Source of the DNA: Octopus vulgaris
Lineage: Eukaryota
Direction: 5' to 3'
Length of the DNA: 64,000 nucleotides
Assembly (NCBI GenBank): GCA_951406725.2
Contig: OX597820.1
Span: forward strand, 95,418,001 to 95,482,000
Position numbers and translations under genes: made by a program. Below the pieces are notes generated by a model that worked only from the letters and a program-made list of their open reading frames with translations, was not told where the DNA came from and searched no databases. Shown in pieces: positions 42,091-55,554 of the stretch. Position 1 is the first letter of the stretch, and each line of letters starts with the position of its first letter.

Positions 42091-42737
42091 TCGCTCTGAC
42101 ATATACAACAAAGGCATGTCAGAACCAGTATTTATTAACACCTTTAAAAACAAGGAATATTAGCAGAGCACTCCAATAAAAGCCAGAAATTTGGTGCAAA
42201 CATACAGACTTAATATTCTGTTGTATAGGCCAGTTGTCCAGCAGATGTAAGCGTACCATCAAAATGCAGGAAAACGAGAAAATTTGTACCTCGACTATAA
42301 ATTCTCATTTGTATTATCATTATAGTACATTACGTTATGGACCTATAAGTTTACACCAAAATCTAGATGTATTAGTTTTTTCGAAGAAACAACAAAAGAA
42401 ACTGACGAGGATTCTTCAAATCCAATCTATTAGCGGCGCACCGTAGATTTGTAAGACATTCCGAAGATTCTTCATCTAAAATTCTTTAGATAACTAGATG
42501 CATGCACTTGAGTTTGCGCACCTAAAACTCAACCAACGCACTAACTTAATTACATATTTACAAACACCGGGAACTCTCTTAACTCAAAAAGACTTGTTTT
42601 GTTAGCCAAGGCTTGGACTCTCTCAAGAAGAACTTAAGAGAACTCAAAGAAAATACGATACATACATACACACATATACATACATACATACATACATACA
42701 TACATACATACATACATACATACATACATACATACAT

Positions 42738-43286
42738 GGTGGCTGCCTCCTCGTTATCGAGTATGGCCATTGCACGAAGCTTAATCAATGTTGTTATCGT
42801 GCAATGCCTGTGCAAGAAGATATTTTTTTAAGTGAGGAAAGGCTGTGCACTGAGTCAATCCCACTCACTAAGCAACAGCCGCCACAATCCGAAAAGAAGA
42901 ACAAGTCAACATCATCGGTAACCACTGAGCCGCAGATTTTATGTCGGAGTTATCCCAGTTACCTGAGTTGCCTTCTCCTAGAAGGATGCCCTGACAAAGG
43001 CTAGGAGTCCTTCACTCCCAATGGTTTAACTGCGCGATCGGGTATTCAATCCGATTATTTCTATGTCCCCGCGCATGATACAGCTTTAAGACATTTATTG
43101 GAGCCGTTGACTGTCAAGAGTTCCTCCGCCCTTTGACGGGTTTTGTTTTTCATCCCGCAGGGTGTCCAATAAACACCCTCCTCACCAATCGAGCTTAGTG
43201 GGGTTGCCGGTTTAGTCGCCGACGAACCGACCATGCAACAGGTAGTACTGGGTTACATGTTACCAGTAGCACTCGAAAGTGACCTG
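42738..43286 (-). mobile_element. Bipartite RTE-derived SINE-like element within (TACA)n
   Basis: Minus strand has the RTE 5'UTR-type motif AGCCTTTGTCAGGGCATCCTTCTAGGAGAAGGCAACTC and an RTE-like 3' end followed by (ATGT)n. Confidence 0.6.
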
Positions 43287-43664
43287 ACATACACATACAT
43301 ACATACATACATACATACATACATACATACATACATACATACATACATACATGCATACATACATACATGCATACATACATACATACATGCATGCATACAT
43401 ACATTCATACGCACTTATGTATGTACATATATACATATACAAACATACATACGTACATCTGTAAAAAATATCATCGTGCGGAACACCAAAAACATACAGT
43501 AACAATGGCGATATCCTTGAGAGTGTATCTGAAAAAATCACTGAAGAAACAAATACTAGTAAAAGACCTGATTATCGGATACTAAAATCGAAGCTAAAAC
43601 TGGGGTTACAGAATACCATGATAAAGTGTTGGCATGAAAAACTCCTACATGAAATGTTTCTCTC

Positions 43665-44711
43665 GATGCACAACGTACTCCATTTTAAAAGTAATACTGA
43701 CCGACTCTACTGAGAAGGGAAGGTGGTAGAAGATTGATAAATGCGGAAGACACTGCTAATACTATGATACTGGGTCTAAAAATTATGCTATGCGGAGTAA
43801 AGAAAGCATAGTATCAGCAACCAGAAATACCAGAAAAAAAAGTGTCCGAAACAATAGGAGGATTCAAAGAGAAAAGGAAGAATAATGGAGTAAATAGATT
43901 GAAAGACACGAAACTACATGGCCAATTCATGCAAACAAACCAAATGTTGGAAATAAAGATCGCTGGCTCTAGCTGACAGATGGAAACTTGAAACGAGAGA
44001 CAGAAGTGCTGGTTATAACAGCTCAGAAACAAACCCTTAGAACAAACCTGATAAAGGCAAAGATCGACAAAACTTAGTCAGACAGTAAATGTAGAATTTG
44101 CAGGAAATGAATCATCTTTTGAATGAGTGTAATATACTAGCACAGAAGGAATATGGACGCAGAAAGGGGGTATAGGTAGAAAAGTGCATGTGAAGGTTAG
44201 CCGTGTGTGTGACTTCAAAGCAACAGTAAAGTGTTATGAACGGGAACCAGAGGCTGTGTTAGAAAATGAAGATTACAAGGTCTTGTTTGATTTCAACATA
44301 AAGACTGAGATCATATTATTGAAGCAAGAATGCCAGATATGATCATAGAGGACAAAATAAACAGTGTAAGATCATATCTTTTGCAATTCCTTATGATAGC
44401 GGAGTCGATATGAAAGAAATTGAAAAAAATTAGAAATATCAGGATCTAGCAAGAGCTGAGGAGACTAGAAGACCAAGATAACAATAATTCCTGTATTTAT
44501 TGGAGAACTTTGTACGACACCCAAAATTCTCCCTAAAATACTGAAAGGGATTTGAATTGAAACTCGTATTGTCGACTTGCAGAAAGTACTATTTTATATT
44601 CTACAAGAATCCCACGGAAGATTTTTGAGAGTTGAGGAAATATGTTGTCACTAAACATCAAGGTAAAGCACCTGCTAACTAAAATGCTAACTAAAAGAAT
44701 GCACTAGCGTA
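43665..44711 (+). mobile_element. 3' part of an R4/Dong-clade LINE (CCHC and restriction-like endonuclease), degenerate
   Basis: LHGQF..GNLKRETEVLVITAQKQTLRTN..SKCRIC..LAQKEY..EPEAVLENEDYKVLFDFNI..PDMII..KYQDLA; ends at a (TAA)n tract. Confidence 0.88.
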
Positions 44712-44712
44712 C

Positions 44713-44809
<97 letters not shown>

Positions 44810-44822
44810 AATGATGATAATG

Positions 44823-44871
<49 letters not shown>

Positions 44872-44890
44872 TGCAAATAATGATAATAAT
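44713..44890. repeat. (TAA)n/(TGA)n compound microsatellite
   Basis: Direct reading. Confidence 0.95.
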
Positions 44891-44899
44891 ATGGATGCA

Positions 44900-46490
44900 A
44901 ATAAGGATTATGATATGGATGCAAAGACCAACTCTTAACCAATTGCATGATCTTTGAGAACTGTCATAACAAACGCAGAAATCTCAGTTCTGCATGGATT
45001 GATTATAAAAAGGCCTTCGACAGTATACTGCATTCATAGATCTTGAAATCGCTGGATATCTTCAACATTTCTTCTGTGATTTCAAACTTCCTGAAGCACA
45101 ACATGTCAATGTGGAATATGAGTCTCCAATTATACTACTCTGATGAAGTACTGACCACAAAAATTATTAATATCAACTGCGGCATTTTCCAAGATGACTC
45201 ACTTTCACCTTTAATTTTCTGCCTAGCCCTAATATCTCTTACAAGTGAACTTAACAGAACAGGGTATGGATATAAAATCGGTGACAAGAAAATAAGTCAT
45301 CTGTTTTATGTGGATGACTTAAAACTCTATGGCAAAGACGATAATGAGCTTGAAGGACTACTACATACTCTGAAAGCATTCAGTGATGACATCGGGATGG
45401 AATTTGGTCTTGATAAATGTGCCAAAGCCACTTTCCAGAAAGGAAAATTGAAGACCTCACATTCAGTGGTATTGGGTGTTGATACAGTCATAAAAGAACT
45501 CAAGCAGGAACAATCTTACAAATACCACGGAATAAAGGGGGGCTTTGGCATTCAGCATGCAAGTATGAAAGAGATCAGGAAAAAGTGTAACAGGTGAGTT
45601 CGAAATTTCAGATGTTAGCTATAAATTCCTTAGCACTTACGGTTGTTATTTACAGTTTCAATGCGTTGTACTGGAATATGAGCGAAATAAGGAAGATTGA
45701 TAGGAAAATCCGTAAGCTGTTGACTTGCAATAATATGCACAACCCAAAGGCAGACGCAGAACGTCTCTACCAGAGCTCAAGGAGGTCGGGGCTTGAAATC
45801 CAATTTGAAATCTCCTACAAAACTACCACAAATGGACTGGCAAAATATCCTGAAACATCTAACGACTAGATGCAAAAGCTCGTTGAAAACCACGAAAGAC
45901 GTAAGAAGCTTAGTTCTGTTATAAAGGAGAGCAAAACATTTTCAAGAGAGTTTATGTATAATATCCAAGTTTAGGTTAGTGAAGGTTAACCGTGTGTGTG
46001 ACTTCAAAGCAACAGTAAAGTGTTATGAACGGGAACCAGAGGCTGTGTTAGGAAATGAAGATTACAAGGTCTTGTTTGATTTCAACATAAAGACTGAGAC
46101 CATATTATTGAAGCAAGAAGGCCAGATATGATCATAGAGGACAAAATAAACAGACGAAGATCATAGCTTTTGCAATTCCTTATGATAGCGGAGTCGATAT
46201 GAAAGAAATTGAAAAAAATTAGAAATATCAGGATCTAGCATGATGGAAGTACAGCAGCTGTAGTTGCAAAGAAGGTGAAATCAATAGCAAAGCAAAATGC
46301 GTTTGAACAATTGACTGATAGGTGAGAACAAAACCTCTGCATGGCAAATATGTGGCCTGTAGCAAACAAGCTGATGTAGGCCAGAAGCACACCCATCAGT
46401 GGCTACGGAGCTCTGGGCTGAGGACAGAGAGTGAAGGCTTTATCTTGGCTGCTCAAGACCAGAGCTTATTGACCCGGAACTATCAAACCG
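44900..46490 (+). mobile_element. R4/Dong-clade LINE reverse transcriptase pseudogene
   Basis: WIDYKKAFDS, GIFQDDSLSPLIFCLAL, ISHLFYVDDLKLY, DIGMEFGLDKCA, KPLHGKY, SEGFILAAQDQSL; multiple stops and frameshifts. Confidence 0.93.
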
Positions 46491-48600
46491 GAAGAAATAC
46501 ACTCAATCATTTGTCAAGTGTGTTAACGATTCTGCCAGCTCACTATCATAATGATGATGATGACAATGATAATAATAATAATTCTTTCTACTGAAGGTAC
46601 GAAGCCTGAAATTTTTGGGGAGGTGACTAGTCAATTACATCGACCCTTTTACTCAACTAGTAGTTATTTCATCGACCCCAAAAGAGTAAAAGGTAAAGTC
46701 GACCTTGGCGGAATTTGAACTCAGAACGTAAAGACGGACGAAATGCCGCTAAGCATTTTTCCCGGTGTGCTAACGATTCTGCTAGTTCGCCACCTTTAGA
46801 TGGTTTCTGATGAAGGCTCAAAACCGCTAATTTTAAGGCAAGGGCCAGCTAATGTCACCGACCTTAGCATTTGACTAGTACTTTAATTTATCAATCACTG
46901 AGGGATGAACGGTAAAGTTAACCTTGGCAGGATTAGAACCCAGAGCGTAAAGAGTCGAAAGAAATACTGCAAAGTATTTAATCCGATCCCAGCAATTGTG
47001 CCAACCCATCGCCAATAATTTTTAACATTGGCATATAGGAAGATATTTTGGTGTGCCCTACAGTCGAATCCATTCTCCTATATGATTGGTATATATTTTA
47101 AAGATAGAAAAAAGTTTGTCTTTGTTATATTTGATCAATACATATATCTAAATAGTGAATGGTATTCAGAAGTGGTTTCTTTATCATAGTACCCACTGAT
47201 CTACTGAAATGATTTGGTACAACCAGAGAAACCTTTAAATCGATACGGTTTTCTTTATTCCTAGAGTGAGAATAATTTTGAAGAAAGTGTAAAAAAAAAG
47301 TAATTGTTTACTGCTTAACACACACACACACACACAAAGAAATTAAAGAATGCAAAGCCAATCCATAAAATCAAAGCCGCGATCAGGTCCTTGATGTTTA
47401 AAAGGATAGTAAGAAACAAGTGCTAAATATATGTATTTTTTTAAGTAGTTTTTTTCTTTCGTAAACTTTTGTTAGATTTCTTCGTTCAAATGAATATAGA
47501 AATATCAATAGGGTGAGTTTTATATACCATTAAGATAGTCGAGACTTTGCAGTAAAGAGGAGACTTAGAAAAAGCTAATTTCTTGTTCTAATTGTAGTCA
47601 GTTATCTCTTATTGTAATACCAGTGCACGTTTCCCTGTTAAAATTGCGTGATTTTGCGTGAATGCATTGTCTGAATTGTTTTGCATCAAAACACACACAC
47701 ACAAAACAAAGAGGAGTTATTATTGGGCTTTTGACATTTTGATATTTTCAATGAATATTGCAATTTTGTTTGGCTTGGTTTCTCTGAAGTGGCAATCTGA
47801 CAGCATCGACCCAAAGACAAACAAAATATAACACAGAACAGAACATAAAGAGAAACCGTTAAAAAGAAAGAGAATGGAAGCTCTTTGAAAATGATCGAAT
47901 TTGCGAACGATATGATATCACGTTGAAGCATAATTGAACTACTTTGTTATTTAATAAATATTTGAGCTTCAGACACAAGAAATTTGATTTTTGAAGGATA
48001 TTTCAGCTTTTTATGACCAAAGATTCTAATACAAATGGATGCTTTCTATCAATATTCAGATAATGCTACCATGTTTGTAAAAAAAAAAGAAAAAAAAGAA
48101 CACAAGCAAAAATAAAATTTCTGAGTGTAGAAAATATGTATCAATCGACTATCTGATAGATTCAGCCATCTGGAAATAAGTTAGACAAACGCTTACTTCC
48201 AAAATAACCTGAATATTCGGTCTATTATTTTACAGCTTAATTAGAGGAGGAGAGGCAGTTCTTACAATATTTTGCAGGAGTTCCGAAAGTTATGGGGATG
48301 GGAAATGAACAAATTACGGCTCATGAAGTGGGAAGAGGAAGCAGCACCAACATATCGGCTTATCGGAAATTCGTTGTGAGCTAGGTGGAGATGTTATAAA
48401 ATATTCTGTTTATCAGTTAGATTCGAGATCTCTACTCATTGCAAGCCAAGCGTTGAAGTTAAAAAAATAGACTAAGAAAGAAAGAGACACAGTTCCATTC
48501 AGCAGCTCGTGAAATTTCCGTCAATTAAACTCCAGTCCAAAATATTGAGTAAGCTCAAAGATACTTGCCGTACTGTAAGATCGATCCAGGAAGTAAACGT

Positions 48601-48789
48601 AAATTTTGAGGGAGGAAGTCAGTCAATTAGATCGACCTCAGTACGCAACTAGTACTTAATTTATCGACCACGAACGGATGAAAGGCAAAGTCGACCTCGG
48701 CGGAATTTGAACTCAAAACATAAAGACATACGAAATACCTATTTTTACTACCAACAAGGCGCTAAACACAGAGAGGACAAACAAGGACA
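48601..48789 (-). repeat. Inverted local copy of 51651-51840 (partial SINE)
   Basis: Shares variants absent from the other family A copies here (GCGCCTTGTTGG, CATCCGTTCGTGGTC, GTACTAGTTGCGTACTGAGG). Confidence 0.85.
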
Positions 48790-51101
48790 AACTCTACGGT
48801 TATAAAACAATGTATCAAATTGCGGTTTAGTGATCTATTCAAATTAGTGATATATTTACATTACAAACAGCCTAAATTCGATTTGGTTGTGACTTGGAGA
48901 CTTAACTAAAACTTTCAGTTTCACTACAGGCACTAGATTTCACAATCTCGGATGGGCTTTTATAGTTATCTCACATATATAATATTGCCAAGACTGAATT
49001 TCCCTAAAACGTTGCCATTTCAGGATCAAACCTTGACATCAGGTAATTGCTAATTTTCTCCAACACTCAAATGTACCCCATATTGGAATACCCAAAAGCA
49101 AAATGTTTTAGACCACGTAAAAATAAAATTTTCCCATTCATTTGCCTAAGACTCACTGATCAACACGCTTAAACCTTCTCACTTATCTTTGCGGCTACTT
49201 TTTTCTAATACAATCACTTTTGCTCCTCTGAGTAGCAAATTGTATATCATATCCAGCAAAGATTAAATGGTAAATTTGTCTTCCAAAACCACCACCACCA
49301 CCACCACCACCACCACCATCACCACCATTACCACCACCACTACCATAATCATTATAATCGCCTTCGTTATCGCCACCGTCATCATCATCATCCCTAATGT
49401 GTTTGCTTCACATGGATTATCCATAATTACAGTCTTACCACGATCGTTAAAAAACAGAGTCGGAACATCAACAGCATTGATTTCCCCCGGCCATCTTTTG
49501 TACTCTTTACCTTTTCTGCCTAAACTGAGTAAGTGTAGATAAATGAAATAACTCTGAACTCAGTTTCGTCTTTCTGGTTGCAAAACTGTACAAGCTTTGA
49601 CATTATGAATTATCTTCTGATATACAGAAGTATTAGAGCTTTGGGTTTCTTTACCTTGAAATATAGTGCGATTAGGGAAAAGTTCCTCATAGTAGTGGAT
49701 TATCAGAAGAAATTGCATTTTATATTAAAATGCAAATAATTGAGAAACTCAAGCAGCAAAATTTTGATTTTGATATCATAACAAAACAAACGTGATGAGT
49801 TGCAGACCCTTGATTTTGTAATCGCTTGCTACCTAGGAAGATATTCTTTAGTATCTTAGAAGCCATGTAGAAAGCAATGTATGTCTAAGTTATTTGACCA
49901 CACTATATAGAAAATGAAACAGGCATTTGTTAACGGATTCTTTTCAATGTTTCTCCTATGTATGTCATTAAATACTAATTTATGTTAATATACGATACTT
50001 TTTAAGGCGGTGAGATAGCAGAATCGTTAGCACTCCGGCAAAAAACGTTTACCATCATTTCGTACCCTTTTACGTTCAAATTCCGCCGAGGTCGACTTTA
50101 TCTTTCATCATTTCGGGGTCGATAAAAGAAGTATCAGTTGATCACTGTGGTTGATGTAATTGACTTACCCATTGCCACGAAATTGCTGGCCTTGTGCTAA
50201 AGTTTGAGACCAATATATAATAGTACTACTCTGTCTGCAAGCTATTTATAGGAAAATGATTACTTTTGTCTCGATGTTCCATTTATTATTTTTCTTTACA
50301 GACAATCTTAAAGACATTTTATACGTAAAGACAAAACAAAAAGTCCCCCCAGGCAGTGAAAAAGCAATACTTAAATTTAACAAGTTACCAATCTGTTTTC
50401 AGAATAGTTGAATGCAAAAATACTTTAATCATTCATTATAGCTTATACATGCCGCAGCATATTCTCAAATTTTAGAAATTTTCGGAGTAACTTACATTTT
50501 ACATTTACATTATCGGTGCAGACATTTATGATTTTTGGAAAAGAAAAAAAAAATTATGTAAGGAAATGATTTGTGCAAGAGACGAATACATACGAACGAA
50601 AGCACATGAAGTAAAATGTGAATGACAAAACAATGCTATTTGCACATCTAAAGTTTCTCAAACGGTTATTTTTAAAAGTCGTTGTCAAACAACTCCAATA
50701 ATCACGTATGTATATTGGTTTATCCATCGCAGTTTGGACCAACATCGAGTGTTAAATTCCGTTTAAATCCAGATAATTTTCTTCGTCTAAACAGAACGAT
50801 GTTTCTGTTTCATTTGCGTTAATGGAACGAATGATTCAATTAGAGTGAAAACTTGACGCAAACACCGCTAATATATTGTCACTGTAAGCAGTTATTGAAT
50901 AACAATACGACTGCATACATCAATCTGGAGGAAATATACGCCGATGAGGAGTAAAAATGCAGCAACGAAGTGATACAATATATAGGGCTACAGAAATAGT
51001 ATAACCACTTGAATAAATCGTGTATTTTACTGGTATGATGACGGAAGAATACTAGACAAAATAAGAGAAAGACAGGAACGTAATAATATAATTTTCCCCG
51101 T

Positions 51102-51867
51102 GAAGGCGGCGGGCTGGCAGAAACGTCAGCACACCGGGCGAAATGCTTAGCAGTATTTCGTCTGCTGGTACGTTCTGAGTTCAAATTCCGCCGAGGTCGA
51201 CTTTGCCTTTCATCCTTTCGGGGTCAATAACTTAAGTACCAGTTACGCACTGGGGGTCGATGTGATCGACTTAATCTCTTTGTCTGTCCTTGTTTGTCCT
51301 CTCTGTGTGTAGCCCCTTGTGGGTAGTAAAGCAATAGGTATTTCGCCTGCCGCTACGTTCTGCGTTCAAATTCCGCCGAGGTCCACTTTGCCTTTCATCC
51401 CTTCGGGGTCGATAAATTAAGTACCAGTTGCTTACTGGGGTCGATCTTATCGACTTAATCTGTTTGTCTGTCCTTGTTTGTCCCCTCTGTGTTTAGTCCC
51501 CTGTGGGTAGTAAAGCAATTGGTATTTCGCCTGCCGCTACGTTCTGAGTTCAAATTCCGCCGAGGTCGACTTTGTCTTTCATCCTTTAAATCGATTAAAT
51601 AAGTACCAGTTACGCACCGGAGTCGATATAATCGACTTAATCCGTTTGTCTGTCCTTGTTTGTCCTCTCTGTGTTTAGCGCCTTGTTGGTTGTAAAAAAT
51701 AGGTATTTCGTCTGTCTTTATGTTCTGAGTTCAAATTCCGCCGAGGTCGACTTTGCCTTTCATCCGTTCGTGGTCGATAAATTAAGTACTAGTTGCGTAC
51801 TGAGGTCGATCTAATTGACTGGCCTCCTCCCTCAAAATTTCAGGCCTTGCGCCCATTGTAGAAAAGT
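51102..51867 (+). mobile_element. SINE family A tetramer with a single 16-bp TSD
   Basis: One head plus four bodies of about 185 bp; TSD ATATAATTTTCCCCGT at 51086-51101 and 51868-51883. Confidence 0.93.
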
Positions 51868-52069
51868 ATATAATTTTCCCCGTTTATAAATCTAAAATCA
51901 CTTGCACCATTGGTAAAGTTTACTGCAATAAGGAGGAGCAATACTTCCTTTGATGTATGTATTGGGAGAATAAGTTCCCTTGTTATGTATTGCTTCAAAT
52001 ACTTTAGTTTTTAGCTCACAGAGGAAGTGGCTGAGTATAACACCAAACTAAATGCATTATATTTAGTTG

Positions 52070-52345
52070 AGGCACATGGCTTAGTGGTTAGAGCAGCGGA
52101 TTCGCGGTCGAGGGAGCGTGGGTTCGAATCTCCGACCGGGCGGTGTGTGTGTGTTCATGAGTGAAACACCTAGCTCCACGCCGCTGCGGCAGAAGGTAAT
52201 GGCGAACTTCTACTGACTCTTTCGCCACAACTTTCTCTCACTCTTTCCTCTTGCAGTTCACCGGCGTCCCGTCCGGGTGGGGAACCTATACGCCAAGAAA
52301 ACCGGGAAACCGGCCCTTATGTGCCAGGCATGGCTCGAGAAAGAA
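52070..52345 (+). mobile_element. SINE family C variant
   Basis: tRNA-like head GGCACATGGCTTAGTGGTTAGAGCAGCGG..GGTTCGAATC; body similar to 4613-4980. Confidence 0.8.
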
Positions 52346-53462
52346 CAAAATGCATTATATTTAGTTTCTGTTTTACTGTCTCCGGATTCAAGTTCGATCG
52401 GAGCTAACTTTTGTCTTTCATTTTACCGGTGTCTATATAAAGTATTAACAATAATATATTAGAGTTGTTTTAACCTACAGTACTCGGGCGTAGGTTCAGC
52501 AAAACAGAATGTTTTAGAAATTCGTTGCGTATCCAAGAAGTACTGTGCTCGATCCTATTGCAATAGTAACGTAGGGCAAATATTATTGAAAAGTTCGACT
52601 CGACTTATACCTTGTGAGGAAAATTAGGTAAGCGGAAACTGAAAGGAAGCAAGTCGAGTAGATTGTTCTTATGATTCAAAAGTTACTGTCTTGTCACACA
52701 CTGTGTCACGCTGATTCTCCTTGAGAATTACGCTACGGGTTCACGACTCTGTGGGATACTCACCCACATCCCGCTCATTTAGGAGCAGGCAATTCAGCTG
52801 ACTTAGCAGCCGAATCCTTATCGTCGATGGACAGAGATTCACTACCATCATGCACATCAACAAAAAAAATCATCCCGATTTTTAATGAGAAACTAAGAAA
52901 ATATCATACTGTATTTTTTACTAGGCAGAAAAAGCCTATATTTTTTCAAGGAAGGAGATTTAGAAATAGAGATGTTAGCGCTTTCCTTAAGCATGAGATG
53001 GTTTTGATCGTGAATAGTAACTATGCGGTAGTCTAAATTTACTGAAGTTTATCTCACATCTTATGGTATTTATCGCTTAATTTAATGATTTCTAACTTTT
53101 ATACATTGTAAAACCTTGTGAGCAGAGTGAACGCATTAACACAATCATTTCACTGGTCTCTATGTTACTGACGTTCACCAAGGATGAAAGGCAAGTCGAT
53201 ATAACCAAGATTTAATGCTCCACCGAAAAAAAAAATTGAAAGGCAAGTCGACAGATTTAATGACATTTTGGTTAATGCTCAACCGACAAAAAAATAAAAT
53301 GAAAGGCAAGTCGACAGAACCAAGATTTAATGACATTTTGGTTGATGCTCAACCGACAAAAAAGAGTATTAATTTAGGTATTTAAGCACAAACCGAAGGT
53401 GGAATCTGTCGATTATATTGCTTCTAGTAGTTGACTGATAGCTATTTTATCACCAAAGAAGA

Positions 53463-54770
53463 TATAAGCAACTGTGCACAGGTGTATAACAATATGTTGT
53501 ATATTAGAAGGATGGCTATAGCACAGATCCGTGAAACCGCACTTACAGAAAAGGTGAATGTTTTCTGGGCGATATATAAAGGAATAGATAAAAATCGAAG
53601 TACGTGTCACAATCAGAAGTATAGACAGAGGTATATAATGAGATACAGTTATAAGGATACATAAGCATGAATAAGCCAGGTCAAATAGAACACTAATAGA
53701 TACAATAATGGATGTATTGTATTATTTGGTAAAGAAAATACGGAGGGCAGAAATAGGGATGACAATTTCGCGGATTGGTACAGATATACAAGAGCACAAT
53801 GGGTTTGCACAATATTTGTATGAGTAATTGGAAGTGGGAAAGAGGTCATGTTATTGGAAAAACATGGTTATATGTTGTTACTTCAGGCACTGGGGTTTGT
53901 TGAGTAGAGTTGGTATTTTTAATGTGTTTCTTGCAGTCGTCGGGAAGGAGTAGGTTGTAGGTATGTTTTAGCGTTAGCAGTGAGAGTGTTTAAAATTTTT
54001 TTTTTTATGAAAGAGGAGTTTCTGTGCTTGGGATAAAGATGTTGAAGACAATTATTCTTTTCTTGGAGATGCAAAGAGGGACCTGAATTTATATGCTAAG
54101 TTGTACAACCTTGTCTTATAAGCAACTGTGCACAGGTGTATAGCAATATCGAGCTGGCAGAAACGTTAGCACGCCGGGCGAAATGCTTAGCGATATTTCG
54201 TCTGCCGTTACGTTCTGAGTTCAAATTCCGCCGAGGTCGACTTTGCCTTTCATCCTTTCGGGGTCGATAAATTAAGTACCAGTTACGCACTGGGGTCGAT
54301 GTAATCGACTTAATACCTATGTCTGTCCTTGTTTGATGGAGTGCTTGAGACTTTGTAGGGTACAGTCGTTGCCGGAAAGCATACAGAGCAAATTTCCGAA
54401 TAAGAGTAAGATTTAGGTAATGCAGAATCTGAACTCGTTTGAGGTTAGGCCAATGAAGTGTCTGTTTGAGGAGTCTGTGGTAACCTTAAAGGAGAAATTA
54501 TTATTTTTATGTGAGTGTCTATATTTTAAGGGTAGCTTTTTGGGTTTTCTAGTAGCAAGATTTAATGCTCGGGTTAGTGCAGAGTGCACCAAACATTTTG
54601 GGTTAATGGTCAAGAGAGTTTGAACGAAGTATGGAGTTGTTGAGCAAGTTAGTGTTAAGATAGAGTGATATTTGCGCGAGGAGTATGTTTACTAATATAA
54701 GGAGGTGCTTGATGAGTGTTGCAGTTACTTGGAGTTTGAATGGGAGATTGTGACTACATCTATGTTATAT
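53463..54770 (-). mobile_element. Degenerate Penelope-like element (GIY-YIG remnant), interrupted by a SINE at 54150-54334
   Basis: Minus-strand VVTISHSN..LQTLIK, FKVTTDSSNRHFIGLTSNEFR and LHLQERIIV resemble Penelope linker and GIY-YIG segments; 33-bp direct repeat at 53463 and 54117. Confidence 0.55.
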
Positions 54771-54899
54771 ATATGCAAATATATAAACACACATGCACAC
54801 ATAAATATTTGAAAAACGTTTTATTAAATTCAAAGTTATTAATTAAAAATCTTTTAAAAAAGATTAACTCAGCTTCCATCTCTCCCCCTCTCCCTCTCG

Positions 54900-55035
54900 G
54901 ACTGTGTGGTAAGTAGCTTGCTTACCAACCACATGGCTCTGGGTTCAGTGGGCAAGTGCCTTCTGCTATAGCCCCGGGCCGACCAATGCCTTCTGAGTGA
55001 ATTTGGTAGACGGAAACTGAAAGAAGCCTGTCGTA

Positions 55036-55096
<61 letters not shown>

Positions 55097-55298
55097 ATGT
55101 GTGTCTGTGTTTGTCTCCCTAGCATTGCTTGACAACCGATGCTGGTGTGTTTACGTCCCCGTCACTTAGCGGTTCGGCAAAAAGAGACCGAAAGAATAAG
55201 TACTGGGCTTACAAAGAATAAGTCCTGGGGTCGATATGCTCGAATAAAGGCGGTGCTCCAGCATGGCCGCAGTCAAATGACTGAAACAAGTAAAAGAG

Positions 55299-55300
<2 letters not shown>
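54900..55300 (+). mobile_element. SINE family B, 5'-truncated
   Basis: Homologous to 11094-11487. Confidence 0.88.
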
Positions 55301-55355
<55 letters not shown>

Positions 55356-55499
55356 TACATATAGTGAAGGCGCGTGGTTTAGTAGTTAGGGTATTCAGAT
55401 CATGATCATAAGGTCGTGTGTTCGATTTCCGGCGGCACTTTGAACAAGACACATTGCTCCAGTCTACTCAGCTGGTAAAAATGAGAAGTACCTGTATTT

Positions 55500-55554
<55 letters not shown>

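Noticed and set aside
51102-51867. CRISPR-like or satellite array
   Set aside because: Eukaryotic context, and the units are whole SINE bodies with no unique spacers.
52070-52142. tRNA-like sequence
   Set aside because: It is a SINE head that continues into a shared SINE body, with no proper acceptor stem.
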